In this document: positions 18,346-32,014 of the stretch, in pieces
Position numbering within the stretch: position 1 is the first letter of the stretch
How the letters are laid out: each line of letters opens with the position of its first letter
Source of the DNA: Eledone cirrhosa
Taxonomy: Eukaryota
Assembly (NCBI GenBank): GCA_964016885.1
Contig: OZ024740.1
Location: 207,080,001-207,144,000, forward strand
DNA: 64,000 nt
Direction: 5' to 3'
Notes under the pieces: generated by a model
The model's input: only the letters and a program-made list of their open reading frames with translations
Told to the model about the DNA's origin: nothing
Database searches by the model: none
Made by a program: the position numbers and the translations under genes

Positions 18346-19206
18346 GAGAGATGTATTTTAACTTTAATTATATCTCATAAAACTATACAACTGGCTTTCC
18401 ACAAAATACATATAGTTAGCACCCCAAACACTTAAATTGGGTTATACTAACATATAACCTAATGTTTGTTGAGTGAGATGGTTACCAGACGGAGTTTAGC
18501 GTTAAGCTATCCCTGTTATTGTATTAATTATATTACTCTTGATTTGGCCAGAGGTACTTATTTCCAGGTACCTTATAAACATGACTTTCTGTATTTGTTA
18601 CTGTTGTGAGATGTGGAGGTTTTTTGGTTGTCACTTCTCTGCTTTTAGCCTAGGAAAATATATATATGCGTGTGTAAATAATTACTTGCATACATTTATT
18701 TTTTTTAATTAATTGAGTTCTTAAAACGTGGAATAGATAATAGTTTTAAATAACTAATTAACCCGCGTGTATTAAATATTTTACTCTTAATTTGGTCGGA
18801 GATTTACATTCCCAATTGCTTTTAAAGCGTAACCTTCAGTATTTGCTGCGGTGATGTGATGTGATTTATTATTTTGGTATCACCTCTGTTTTTAGCCTAA
18901 GAAAATATCTGTATGAGTGTGTAATTAATACACGCATACATTTATTTATTTTATTTCAATTGAGTTCTTAACACGTTGGATTGATAATGTTTTTGAAAAA
19001 ACTAATTAACCCGAGTGTATATTATTTTTTTTCTTTTCTCGTGTCGTAGTTGTCTACCCTTCCCGCTTCGTGAGGCTATGAAACTTCCTCAGTCAAAAGA
19101 CTGCTGGAATTTCAAATTTGGCGGTCATTCGATGCGAGAGGGAGCGGCTTAGAGGACACGACTTTTAACTGCGGTAAGAATTTTTCTTATTTCAAAGTTT
19201 AATGGG

Positions 19207-19333
19207 CTTCCACTGAAGATTTATAAGTGCCCACCTAAATATATTCTTACATGAATATATGTTGGGCTTCTACATAAACTGGAAACATTCTCCCAGCTTG
19301 TAGAAAACTTATAATGAAATAATTGATTGGAAG
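19207..19333 (+). ncRNA. Family A hammerhead, damaged copy
   Basis: Same fold, but stem III and the cleavage site are mutated (GAAATAATTGAT). Confidence 0.55.
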
Positions 19334-19513
19334 GAGAGATGTATTTTAACTTTAATTATATCTCATAAAATAATACAACTGGCTTTCCACAAAATACATA
19401 TAGTTAGCACCCCAAACACTTAAATTGGGATTATGTTAACATATAACCTAATGTTTGTTGAGTGAGATGGTTACCAGTCGGAGTTTAGCGTTAAGCTATC
19501 TCTGTTTATTGTA

Positions 19514-19556
<43 letters not shown>

Positions 19557-19623
19557 AACGACGAGCTCAAGCCGTTTCGACGGCTAATTATGGTCCACCT
19601 GGTTTATTACCACATTTCCTTCG

Positions 19624-19709
<86 letters not shown>

Positions 19710-19724
19710 GTATGTATATTTATG

Positions 19725-19809
<85 letters not shown>

Positions 19810-19824
19810 ATATATATATGTATG

Positions 19825-19855
<31 letters not shown>

Positions 19856-20048
19856 GTATGTATATATATATATGTATGTATATATATATATGTATGTATA
19901 TATATATAAATATGTATATATATATATGTATGTATGTATATATATATATGTATGTATGTATATATATATATATGTATGTATGTATATATATGTATGTATG
20001 CATATATATATATGTATGTATGTATATATATATATATGTATGTATATG

Positions 20049-20081
<33 letters not shown>

Positions 20082-20180
20082 GTATATATATATATGTATG
20101 TATATATATATATGTATGTATATATATATATGTATGTATATATATATATGTATGTATATATATATATGTATGTATATATA

Positions 20181-21656
20181 GCGGCAATGAATTAGTTTAG
20201 CGAGGTTTTTTATATGAAATCGTGTGTCGAAACAAATATTGTTATACTTGGGGAGGGTCATATTTGTATAATATTGCCAGAATTAATAACAGAACACACT
20301 GATACCTGATACTCAAAAACTCAGCAATGTCCAGTAGTGCTAAGTTTAATATTCTGATCGCAGATTTGGTACGAGTGATGAAGAATGTGTCCAGCATGTG
20401 CGACCCAACAGAAATGGAAAGACACATCCAACACTTCATCAACCGCATGCAGTTCTCTGGCTACAACCAAAGAGACAGAGTCAGAGTATACGAAGGAGCC
20501 ATGGAAAAGTATAAGACCCTCATAGAACTGGACATGAAAGGAATTTGCCCATTATACAGGAGCAAATCATGGAATAGCTTAGATAGGGCTAGACATAAGA
20601 TAGGGAAAGCCACCTCATGGTACGACAACCAGAGATATCAGAGTGTCATGTTTGTGGACGCCACCCCTGGAGGGAAATTAGCTAACCAGTGTAGAAAGGC
20701 CCTGAGAAAGACCCACTTAAAAATAAAGGTGGTAGAAAAGCCAGGAACCACCATAAAATCCCTGATCAGCAAAACCTACCCTTTAAGAAAACCCACTGTA
20801 CCAATAGGAAATGTATCATATGTAAGGTGAACCCCCGGATAAACTGTAAAACTAGAAACGTAGTCTATAGCATAAGATGTACAGAGGGTACTTGCAGAAA
20901 CATGACAACAACATACATAGGTGAGACAGCTCGTAGCATAGGTGAAAGGATAGACCAACACTGGGGGAACTAAAAGGACGAAAAAACGGGTCAGTACTAT
21001 ACGAACATGCTAGACAACAACATGACGGTAAAATAGACAACATAGAAATTAGAATAATATCTAAACATAGGAATGACCCAGCAGATAGGCAAATCAGAGA
21101 GGCCAGTGAAATAGAAATTAAAAGACCAAAGCTAAACAGAAAGAATGAGTGGAACAACAACAACACCCAGCTGGCTACTAGCATTGACGTTATTCAGCAG
21201 CAATCGAAATCTCCCCTTCCCCAATTGACACTTTATAATTAATACTACTACACCAAATGACCAGCCCTGTCCACTGTCCAATTGGTCAAGTAGAGATTAA
21301 AATTGGCACTCCCAAAAATTTTTATTTAGATAAAATGAACCATTTACTCATGGTATTCTCATTAGAAACCCTTTATATACTTGTTTAGCACTAAATTGAA
21401 TTACCATCTGTCATATACTATCCCCTCTCTTCTTCCTCTATTACTAATATAAATACTTCAATTTTTCTGATTTTATCCAATTTATCCAAAATCTCTGAAG
21501 AAGTGACAACTGATTATACATTTGCTATCGAATACTTGCTAACATTATATGATTACGCAAGCAGCGATACATAGGTATTCCGTCTGTTACAGAAACATAT
21601 GTCAATACCTAATAAATTCCTTTTCAAAAAAAGCACTTTCATTTTATATTAATCTT

Positions 21657-21660
<4 letters not shown>
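20181..21660 (+). mobile_element. Penelope-like element 3' fragment (RT thumb-linker-GIY-YIG, frameshifted) with an inverted pLTR piece at the 5' junction
   Basis: ORF 20327-20830 is homologous to 24090-24580 (ILIADLVRVM.NVS.MC). DNA at 20845-21170 encodes KTRNVVYSIRC...YIGETARS. 20195-20300 matches the reverse-orientation pLTR at 28440-28530. Confidence 0.88.
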
Positions 21661-21694
<34 letters not shown>

Positions 21695-22192
21695 GGTGGC
21701 TGCCAACTCGTTTTCGAGTACGGCCACTACTTTATATCCATGTAGGAGAACTCCTACCGATACACTCAACAAGTGTGACTTTTTAGTCCAGCCAGCGACT
21801 TGAAAACTCTGGTACAAACACTACACCTGTGACAATGATTGACACATAGTGCTGGGCCCATGGTACCATGTGACGACAAGTGCAGAGAGATCTCCAGATA
21901 TAAAGCAATACCTGTGCCATGAAGCTTTTATAGTGAGCAAAGGCACTGCACGAAGCCAGTCCCACTCTCTTAACCAAGATGATATGTACCAAAAAGAAGA
22001 ACAAGTCAACATCATTGGATACCATCAGGGTTGCAGGTGTTATATCAGAGTTTTCCTTCTCCTAGAATTCTGCCTTGACAAAGGCTAAGGGGTCATCTCT
22101 CCCGGTGATTTTGGATCGCCATTGACTCTTAGGAGCTCCTTTGCCCTTTGACAGGTTTTGTTTTTAGTCCTGCAGGATGTCCAAAGTCACCC
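21695..22192 (-). mobile_element. RTE element 3' end, decayed
   Basis: The minus strand encodes CSVCTRVFKSLAGLKSH and has the same 3' stem-loop (GGCCGTACTCGAAAACGAGTTGGCAGCC) as the RTE at 6543. Confidence 0.7.
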
Positions 22193-22523
22193 TATATATA
22201 CATACACTCATACATACACACACACATATATACACACATATATGTGTATATAAATACACACATACACATACATATACACATACATACACACACATAAATA
22301 TCAACACATCCATACATACACATACATATATACAACCACACACACATATATACACACATACATACATATAGAAACATAAATATATATATATATACATACA
22401 TATATATACACACATATATATATGCCTCTCCTTTGTTCTGTCCTACGCCATTTTGTTTCTCAGAAACAAAATAGCGTAGGACAGAACAAAGGAGAGGCAC
22501 AAAAACAAAGAAAAGAATCCCCA

Positions 22524-22566
22524 GTCACTGAAGAGGTCACAGAATGTGTGACGAAAGAACTTTGAC
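22524..22566 (+). ncRNA. Minimal type I hammerhead, family D (Penelope pLTR)
   Basis: GTCA-CTGAAGA-G-GTCACA GAATG TGTGAC-GAAA-GAAC-TT-TGAC, identical to 25156-25198. Confidence 0.75.
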
Positions 22567-22584
22567 AATATATAAACAACTATC

Positions 22585-23485
22585 CGTGTAGTTTGTGACA
22601 TATCATTCCGTGGTCGACCTTGTCAAAGGCGTTCGCAAAGTCAAGATATATCATGTCCACATGTGAGCTGTCTAGTAGTTGTCTCAGTACCCAGTCGTAG
22701 TGATGTAGCAGCTGTGTAAGGCAGCTTCTTCGTGGGCGGAAGCCATGTTGCGTGCTAGTCGGGCGCTCATTTTCTTCGAGGAAAGTGATTAGTTTCTTTC
22801 TGACGACTCGCTCCATGACCTCACTGAACCTAGTGTCATCTGCATAGCTAGTGAGGGATGTTGTATGTACTACAGAGGGAATGTCTGAGAGAGCCACCAT
22901 AAACAGTAGTGGTTACAGGACTGTCCCCTGGGGCCCCCCCACTTGTTATTGGTGTTTCCTTTGAGAGGGCCCCATTTGCTGCGACTGCCTGGCTTCTGTC
23001 CTTTAAGAAGTCATGCAGCCACTCACCTACTTTTCCAGTTATGCCGAGTCCGTGTAGTTTGTGACATATCATTCCGTGGTCGACCTTGTCAAAGGCGTTC
23101 GCAAAGTCAAGATATATCACGTCCACATGTGAGCTGTCTAGTAGTTGTTTCAGTACCCAGTCGTAGTGATGTAGCAGCTGTGTAAGGCAGCTTCTTCCTG
23201 GGCGGAAGCCATGTTCCGTGCTAGTCAGGCGCTCATTTTCCTCGAGGAAAGTGATCAGTTTCTTTCTGACGACTCGCTCCATGACATTGCTGATATGCGA
23301 CGTCAGGGAGACTGGCCTATAGTTTTTGGCCTCCGCTCTGCTACCTCCTTTATGGATAGGGCATATTGTGCCTTCTTTCAGCTCCCTGGGTAGTAGACCG
23401 CTAGCCAAGGACCTTCTGAAGAGCATCTTCAGTGGAGTTGCTAAGGCCCGCTTGCATATTTTTAAGAGAACTGCTGGAAATCCAA
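22585..23485 (-). mobile_element. CR1-type non-LTR RT fragments (22585-22819 duplicates 23051-23285)
   Basis: NYRPVSLTSH, HGFRPGRSCLTQLL, VIYLDFANAFDKVDH, SYADDT. Confidence 0.9.
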
Positions 23486-24954
23486 GACCAGCAAGAGGCA
23501 GACCACCTACCATTACCTCAATGGCCAAGAAAACCCACACAGATAGATGGAACGGGTGGACCAGAGCCATACGGACACCCGAAAACCACGATGAACTGAA
23601 GAAAATGATTGCACATGCGGTAGGGGCCAGCATAAATCTAACCCTTAAGGAACATATGTTCAAATTTAATGGAAAAACATATGCCCAAGAGGAAGGAGCA
23701 GCCATTGGTGTTAGCAGTGCAGGCGACAAAGCTAACTTATTCATGGTATGGTGGGACAGTAGACTTAAACTTAAACTTAAAGAACAATTAGAAGACCCCT
23801 TAACCCTGATAATGTACTCCCGCTACGTTGACGATATAAACATCGTAGTTAAGACACCCCCACTAGAGAACAGTCAGGAACTAGAGAAAAACACAATGGA
23901 AAGCACCCAGCAAATAGCTAACTCCATCCACCAGAGTATTAGAGTTACTATAGACTACCCAAGTAAACACCCCAACCATCGATTACCTGTACTAGACACA
24001 GAGCTCTGGTTAGATACTATTAATAACAAAAAACAAATCCTCCATTCCCATTATGCCAAACCCATGACTTTCAAACATCTGATCCACCGAAACTCGGCTG
24101 TTTCGGACCATACCAAAATCAACATACTGATTGCGGATTTGGTACGGGTGATGAGAAACGTGTCCCGCATGTGCAACCCCGAAGAACTAGAGAGACACAT
24201 ACAACACTTCATCCACCGTATGCAGTTCTCTGGTTACAATCAGAGAGATAAAATCAGAGTGTATAGAGGAGCCAGAACCAAATGGGAAAAAATGGTAAAT
24301 AATGACACAAATGGGAACTTCCCCTTGTATAGGAGCACATTTTGGAATAGAATAGAAAGAACTAGGAATAAGGCTAATAGAATAAACTCATGGTATGATA
24401 GCAATAAATACCAGAGTGTAATGTTCATCGATACAACCCCTAGAGGTGAATTAGCTTACAAATTTAGAAGAGCCCTAGATAAACATAAACTCAATATTAA
24501 GATAATAGAAAGACCAGGTACCTCCGTAAAAACACTTATTAGCAAGACATACCATTTTCAAAGACCCCCCTGTATAGATAAGAAATGTATAACCTGTAAA
24601 ATAGGCCCCCATATTAACTGTAAAACTAGAAATGTAGTGTATAGCATAAGATGTACTGAAGGACAATGTAGAGACAAAAATATAGTGTACATAGGTGAGA
24701 CAGCTCGTAGTGTAGGGGAACGGATAAATGAACACTGGCGAGACCTTCAAGATAGTAAAGAATCATCTGTACTCTACCAACATGCTAAAATAGAACATAA
24801 GGGTAAATTAGAGAACATAGAAATAAAAATAGAATCTACACACAGAAAAGACGCAATGTTTAGACAAATCACAGAGGCAATAAACATAAAAGAATTACAA
24901 CCAAAATTAAATAGAAAATATGAGTGGAACAGCAACATCACAACTTACAATTAA
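23486..24954 (+). CDS. Penelope-like RT + C-terminal GIY-YIG endonuclease, open 5'-truncated frame
   Basis: YAQEEGAAIG, SRYVDDI, LPVLD, HYAKP (PLE RT); Cys-rich linker CIDKKCITC; NVVYSIRC..YIGETARSVGERINEH..H..H..RQITEA..LNRKYE (GIY-YIG). The first ~53 codons of the listed ORF are antisense CR1. Confidence 0.92.
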
Positions 24955-25155
24955 GGACAAAATGAAAACACACACACACATAGAACAAACAACCAACCGG
25001 TAACATGTAAATAAACAAATAAATAAACAAATATAAACACACACAGACACCCGGATGTAGCGCATGCGCAGACTGAGCACACGACACACACACAGAAACA
25101 AAATGGCGTAGGACAGAACAAAGGAGAGGCACAAAAACAAAGAAAAGAATCCCCA

Positions 25156-25198
25156 GTCACTGAAGAGGTCACAGAATGTGTGACGAAAGAACTTTGAC
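25156..25198 (+). ncRNA. Minimal type I hammerhead, family D, in the 3' pLTR (~25094-25331)
   Basis: Same fold as 22524-22566, ~200 nt after the PLE stop codon. The pLTR ends at a TA array. Confidence 0.78.
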
Positions 25199-25328
25199 AA
25201 TATATAAACAACTATCTGGTTGTGGAACCAACCAACCAGAAATTTATAAATTTATTATAATAAATTGAAGTGAAAGCAACTGGTGCGTGTGTTTCTTATT
25301 GGCAACATGACCCTCCCAAAGTATAACA

Positions 25329-25403
<75 letters not shown>

Positions 25404-25552
25404 AAAAGTATGATCCCGACAACAGAGCTCAGAAATAGCCGTCGAAACGGCATGAGCTCTGCCGCCGGGACATACCTTTTCCTATTTCCCACTCTACTAC
25501 CCTAAGTATTGAGTACTCTGGTCCATCTGGTTCCTTACCACAATTCATTTGT

Positions 25553-25583
<31 letters not shown>

Positions 25584-25597
25584 TATAATATATATAT

Positions 25598-25663
<66 letters not shown>

Positions 25664-25703
25664 ATATATATATATATAATATATATATATATACGATATT
25701 AAT

Positions 25704-25887
25704 TGTTTCTACTTTAGGCACAAGGCCAGCAATTATCCAGTGCATTACTGGTACTTTATTTTATCGACCCCGTAAGGATGAAAGGCAAAGTCAACCTCGG
25801 CGGGATTTGAACTCAGATCGTAAAGGGACGTAACTATGCTGGAAAGCATGGCGTCCGACCCTCTACCGATACTGCCAATCCACCGCC
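25704..25887 (-). mobile_element. Octopus-type SINE with 15-bp TSD
   Basis: Reverse complement of 2722-2905. TSD ATATACGATATTAAT at 25689-25703 and 25892-25906. Confidence 0.9.
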
Positions 25888-25964
25888 TTGGATATACGAT
25901 ATTAATAAATGGAAACTATATTTATAAAACTATATTTATAAAACTATATTTATAAAACCATATT

Positions 25965-26029
25965 TATTTCATTATACATATTTCAGGGATACCAAATTAA
26001 ATTATGGTATGCCTTCATCAGACAAAATA
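25965..26029 (-). ncRNA. Minimal type I hammerhead, family B
   Basis: Minus strand reads TATTTTGT-CTGATGA-AGGCATACCA(10 nt)TGGTATCCCT-GAAA-TATGTAT-A-ATGAAATA. Confidence 0.72.
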
Positions 26030-26634
26030 CAATATATAACAGTTTTACAAATAAGCTTTGACGTACCCTTTTAAAATGCAACCATTATTTTTGGAAGCCA
26101 TCTGGATAGTGAGTTGTTTATATTATTTTAATAAGTCATAGTGTTAAGGACAATTAGAAAAAGACGGAGAGAAAGAAAAAGACAGAGAGAGAGAAAGAAA
26201 AAACGTGGAAAAATATCGGGGAGAGAGAAATGCATGGAGAAAAAAGAAAGAGATAAATAAAGACAGGAGGAAAGAAAGGAAAAAAAAAAAAGGAAAAAAT
26301 AAGAAAAACAGAGGAAAGCAACAGAGAGATATTAAGTCATCAGACAGATAGAAAAACTCAAGAGAGAGAAATATTATATATAGAGAGGGGGAGATAATGA
26401 AAACTTTACGTCATGTCATATTAAGTTGAGTTCACAATTTATATGAAATGAATAATAAAAATATAAATATTAATATTCATGAATGGGACATAAATATATA
26501 ATATGAGAAATTAAACATTGTTTAATAATGACTATATGTTTAGTTTAAAACTTGAGATCAATATACCAAAATTTGGGTTTAATCATCCAAAATGTACACA
26601 TTGCTAGAGAAATCAGTATCTTAGGCAAAGACAC

Positions 26635-26684
<50 letters not shown>

Positions 26685-27405
26685 GCACGTCCTGAAAATA
26701 GAAATTATATTTACTCAAGTCAACAATATAGACATATAAAGCGCAGACGATTTCTCTTAATCACTGCTATACATTCCTTGTGTTATAAAAAGTTCACAGT
26801 ATATATACATAAATATATACGATTAACATTCATGTCTTCATATATACGATTACCATTCATACATTTAACATTCTGTTAAAATTATGCATATCTGCAATCA
26901 AAACTGCGTGGTTAGGCAACATATCTCTTACCCACACACATACATATACATATATATATATATACACATATATATGTATAAATAAATATTTGCGTGCGTC
27001 TTCCCGCATCGTTCATGTATACATACAGACATATATACAATCATAAAAAACCTATAACACTTTTATATGCATGTTAATACACACATACACATTTGTATAG
27101 AGATAATCAAATATCAATATATTACTAAGGATTATACTTTGGAAATATAATTATAACAATATAAATTTAAAATACCAAAGGATTATATTTTGGAAATACA
27201 ATTATATCAGCATAGTCAAAAGGACAAACGAATTCTAGAAATATCAAAGCATTAAATATTTTTAAAACACTATAGAGTATCTTAAGTTAAAATAATATGT
27301 TTCATATATTTAGTATAGAAATTTATCCTACGTATATTTCAATCAAGATATTGAAAGGGTAGACTTATGAAAATTATGAGAAGCTATCGGAATCAAAACA
27401 AAACT

Positions 27406-27556
27406 AATAAAAATAAAAATAAAAATAAAAATAAAAATAAAAATAAAAATAAAAATAAAAATAAAAATAAAAATAAAAATAAAAATAAAAATAAAAATAA
27501 AAATAAAAATAAAAATAAAAATAAAAATAAAAATAAAAATAAAAATAAAAATAAAA
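27406..27556. repeat. (AAAAAT)n, ~25 copies
   Basis: Perfect hexamer run next to the gap. Confidence 0.97.
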
Positions 27557-27595
27557 GTTAAATAAATATTATATCAATATAATTTAAAAATTTAA

Positions 27596-27795
27596 NNNNN
27601 NNNNNNNNNNNNNNNNNNNNNNNNNNNNNNNNNNNNNNNNNNNNNNNNNNNNNNNNNNNNNNNNNNNNNNNNNNNNNNNNNNNNNNNNNNNNNNNNNNNN
27701 NNNNNNNNNNNNNNNNNNNNNNNNNNNNNNNNNNNNNNNNNNNNNNNNNNNNNNNNNNNNNNNNNNNNNNNNNNNNNNNNNNNNNNNNNNNNNNN
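27596..27795. other. Assembly gap (200 N)
   Basis: Run of N. Confidence 0.99.
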
Positions 27796-27804
27796 ATACA
27801 TATA

Positions 27805-28342
27805 GTTTGAGGCAATCCAGCGAAGCTACACCAAGAGGATTGCCAAGATGTGGGAGACAAGCTACTGGGAGAGGCTAAAGGAACTGAACCTCTACTCCTT
27901 GGAGCGAAGACGCGAGAGATACGCAGTGATCTACATGTGGAAAATCCTGGAGAGACTAGCACCAAACTTTGGCATTGGGAGCTGGACCAACCGTAGAGCA
28001 GGACGTCACTGTGTGGGGCCAAAGGTCCCGTCTTCCACATCTAGAATAAGGAGCAGGTATTGCAATAGCCTGGGATTCAAGGGCTCTCAACTCTTCAACA
28101 GGCTGCCGAGGGATCTGAGAGACTTACATGACGTGGAGGTGGACGTCTTCAAGAAACATCTCGACACCTTGTTATCCAGGATCCCGGATGAGCCCACAGC
28201 AAGACACGAGGGAAACCTAAGGGCAACAGCAACAAACTCCCTCTTACACCAGTGGCCAACCTATACAAGCTCGAGATAAAATGTGTAGCAACAAGGGCGG
28301 TGCCCCAGCATGGCCTCAGCCGGATGGCTGAAACAGGTAAAA
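27805..28342 (+). mobile_element. CR1-type LINE 3' end
   Basis: SYWERLKELNLYSLERRRER...LFNRLP...FKKHLD..L..IPDEP, followed by tail GGTGCCCCAGCATGGCC...GGCTGAAAC. Confidence 0.88.
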
Positions 28343-28424
28343 GAGGAAAAGATATATATATATATAATACATATATATATAATACATATATATAATACAT
28401 ATATATATATAATACATATATATA

Positions 28425-28733
28425 ATATTTCGTTTCTGAATTTGTTTAGCAAGATTCTTTATCTGAAATCGTGTGTTGAAACCGATATTGTCATACTTTG
28501 GGAGGGTCATGTTGCCAATAAGAAACACACGCACCAGTTGCTTTCACTTCAATTTATTATAATAAATTTATAAATTTAGGAATTTATAAATTTCTGGTTG
28601 GTTGGTTCCACAACCAGATAGTTGTTTATATATTGTCAAAGTTCTTTCGTCACACATTCTGTGACCTCTTCAGTGACTGGGGATTCTTTTCTTTGTTTTT
28701 GTGCCTCTCCTTTGTTCTGTCCTACGCCATTTT

Positions 28734-28734
<1 letters not shown>
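28425..28734 (-). mobile_element. Solo Penelope pLTR (family D) with hammerhead at 28635-28677
   Basis: 28484-28734 is the reverse complement of ~25100-25331. TA arrays flank it. Confidence 0.85.
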
Positions 28735-28791
<57 letters not shown>

Positions 28792-28796
<5 letters not shown>

Positions 28797-29547
28797 GATA
28801 ATTTAATATATCAACTAACATAAGCGCACAGATGCACGCCTATGCCGGCAAATACACAGGGTATGTCATAGTACCTAGGTGGTTCAATGCAGGAGGATGC
28901 ACAGAACAATAATATAAAAGACGTAATTTAAGTAAGGAAGTAAAAAATTTTTTAAACAAATTTTTTTAAAAGAGATTTTCTTATTTTACGTCTTTTATAT
29001 TATTGTTCTGCATCCTCCTGCATTGAACCACCTAGGTACTATGACATAACCTGTGTATTTGCCGGCATAGGCGTGCATCTGTGCGCTTATGTTAGTTGAT
29101 ATATTCAATTATCTATATTTATCTCCAAATCACTGATTTGTCGAGCAAACCTGCCAAAACCACTTCTAAAAAAATTTTTTTTGGGGGTGTTAGTAGGCGT
29201 CAGTCATCTTACCATCCCATTCCTTCTGACTAGCCTCTGTGTCACGTGATTGATTCTTTAGAATCGGCCATTTGACTAGAAGCAGAGAGGATTTCAGTGC
29301 ATGGAATTCAGTCCTCGCCAGCTGTTCCATCTACCGAATTATTATTATTTTTATATGAGCCGCCAGTGTCCGCGCATTGCATGGAGACTTAGCTGAGAAT
29401 AGACTCCCTGATGACGCAATGAATTCTCGACAGTTAGATTACGTAACTGTCTTTATCCCATTGCAGAAACTAATTAGTTGGAGTGAAAATTTAAGTAAGT
29501 AAAAAATCTTTTTTTAAAATTTTTTAAAGAGATTTTCTTATTTTACG

Positions 29548-29555
<8 letters not shown>
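28792..29555 (+). mobile_element. ORF-less HHR element: inverted 135-bp head plus ~560-bp partial-tandem unit
   Basis: 28792-28926 is inverted to 28986-29118, 28926-28997 recurs at 29489-29555, and TA arrays lie on both sides. Confidence 0.8.
29403..29484 (+). ncRNA. Type I hammerhead, family H (51-nt stem II)
   Basis: ACTCC-CTGATGA-C GCAATG..GACAGTTA/TAACTGTC..CATTGC A-GAAA-CTAATTAG-TT-GGAGT, with the 10-nt palindrome ACTAATTAGT as stem III. Confidence 0.8.
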
Positions 29556-29608
<53 letters not shown>

Positions 29609-29790
29609 GTATATAATATATATATATAATATATATATAATATATATATATAATATAAATATAATATATATATATATATATGATATATATATAATATATA
29701 TATATATATAATATATATATATATAATATATATATAATATATATACATATAATATATATATATATATAATATATATTTATATATATATAT

Positions 29791-29882
<92 letters not shown>

Positions 29883-30017
29883 GCGAAAACACAACATCGA
29901 CTTCTCTACCAAGAACATCCCACTCCCACCGTTATTCCTATTACCCACTCTACTACCCTAAGTATTGAGTACTTTGGTGCGTTAGTGTCCACCTGGTTCC
30001 TTACCACATTTCCTCCG

Positions 30018-30051
<34 letters not shown>

Positions 30052-30065
30052 CATATATATATACA

Positions 30066-30108
<43 letters not shown>

Positions 30109-30562
30109 ATACATATATATAATATATATATATATAATACATATATAATATATATATATATATATAATATATATATATATATCATATATATATATACATA
30201 TATATATTATATATATATAATATATATATTATATATATTTTATATATATATATATTATATATATATATAATATATATATATAATACATATATATATAACA
30301 CATATATATATAATATATATATATATATAATACATATATATATAATACATATATATATAATACATATATATATAATACATATATATATAATACATATATA
30401 TATAATACATATATATAATACATATATAATACATATATATAATACATATATATAATACATATATATAATACATATATATAATAAATATATATAATACATA
30501 TATATAATACATATATATATAATACATATATATAATACATATATTTAATACATATATATAAT

Positions 30563-30604
<42 letters not shown>

Positions 30605-30721
30605 CTGATGAAATGATAGTTGATAATAACATTGTAATATTGAGTGTCTGCATAATTAATACTTTGTAGATAGCAGCTGTTTTCAGGCTATGTAACTGTT
30701 ATTGAAACACGTGTCAATAAA
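30605..30721 (+). ncRNA. Hammerhead with 92-nt stem II; stem I 5' strand lost to a TA array
   Basis: CTGATGA-AATGATAGTT...AACTGTTATT-GAAA-CACGTG-TC: 10-bp stem II base, palindrome ACACGTGT and a GUC triplet. Confidence 0.65.
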
Positions 30722-30754
30722 TTCCTGTTAACTGAACTGTATCCATATAAATCC

Positions 30755-30826
<72 letters not shown>

Positions 30827-31135
30827 CATACATATATATATATATATAATACATATATATACAATACATAGATATATAATATATATATATATTGTTATAC
30901 TTGGGGAGGGTCATATTTGTGTAATATTGCCAGAATTAAAAACAGAACACACTCACTGTTTGGTTGGTTTTCGCTTTTCGCTTCTGTGTCTTTTATATCG
31001 GTAATCTAACTTACTCGGTCCTCAATGTTGCCATTGAATGACCGGAGGCCAAAATTAATAATACAGATACAATATAGACACAATATAGACACAATATAGA
31101 TACAATATAGACACAAACACATATATATAGTTTAT

Positions 31136-31176
31136 CACAAATCTTTCGTTGCACATCTGCAACATCGTCAGTGGTG
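31136..31176 (-). ncRNA. Minimal hammerhead-like motif
   Basis: Minus strand reads CACCA-CTGACGA-T-GTTGCA GATG TGCAAC-GAAA-GATTTGTG. Stems I and III are weak. It lies in a pLTR-like island (30890-31222). Confidence 0.5.
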
Positions 31177-31233
31177 CTATATTTTCCTCCTATTGTATTG
31201 TATGTCTACACCATTTTTATTCACTCTGGCTAC

Positions 31234-31307
<74 letters not shown>

Positions 31308-31699
31308 TAATACATATATATATAATATATATATAATGTATATATATAATACATATATATATATATATATATAATATATATATATATAATACATATATAT
31401 ATATATATATAATACATATATATATATAATACATATATATATATATATATAATACATATATATATAATATATATATATATATTACATATATATAATATAT
31501 ATACATATAATATATATTTATATAATACATATATATATAATATATATATATATATAATACATATATATATAATATATATATATATATATAATACATATAT
31601 ATATATAATACATATATATATAATACACATATATATAATACATATATATATAATACATATATATATAATATATATATACATATATAATACATATATATA

Positions 31700-31741
<42 letters not shown>

Positions 31742-31838
31742 CATATATATATAATATATATATATATATAATATATATATATATATATAATACATATATA
31801 TATAATATATATATATATAATATATATATATATAATAC

Positions 31839-31869
<31 letters not shown>

Positions 31870-31983
31870 GTAATATATATATATATATTATATATATATA
31901 TATAATACATATATATAATACATATATATATTATATATATATATAATACATATATATATATATTATATATATATATATAATAC

Positions 31984-32014
<31 letters not shown>

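Larger units (their letters stand above)
17935..19520 (+). mobile_element. ORF-less HHR-bearing element, 1.6 tandem copies of a ~988-bp unit (family A)
   Basis: 17935-18533 recurs at 18923-19520. Each copy carries a family A HHR, TA arrays lie on both sides, and the 3' end matches that of 2184-2492. Confidence 0.8.

Noticed and set aside
21490-21545. CTGAAGA...CGAATAC as a hammerhead in the PLE tail
   Set aside because: GAAA is broken and stems I and II are unconvincing; at most a relic.
23326-23485. N-terminal extension of the 542-aa ORF as a novel PLE domain
   Set aside because: It is antisense CR1 sequence that is fortuitously in frame.
27367-27561. NK-repeat ORF or telomeric repeat beside the gap
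   Set aside because: It is a plain (AAAAAT)n microsatellite, and no TTAGGG arrays were seen.
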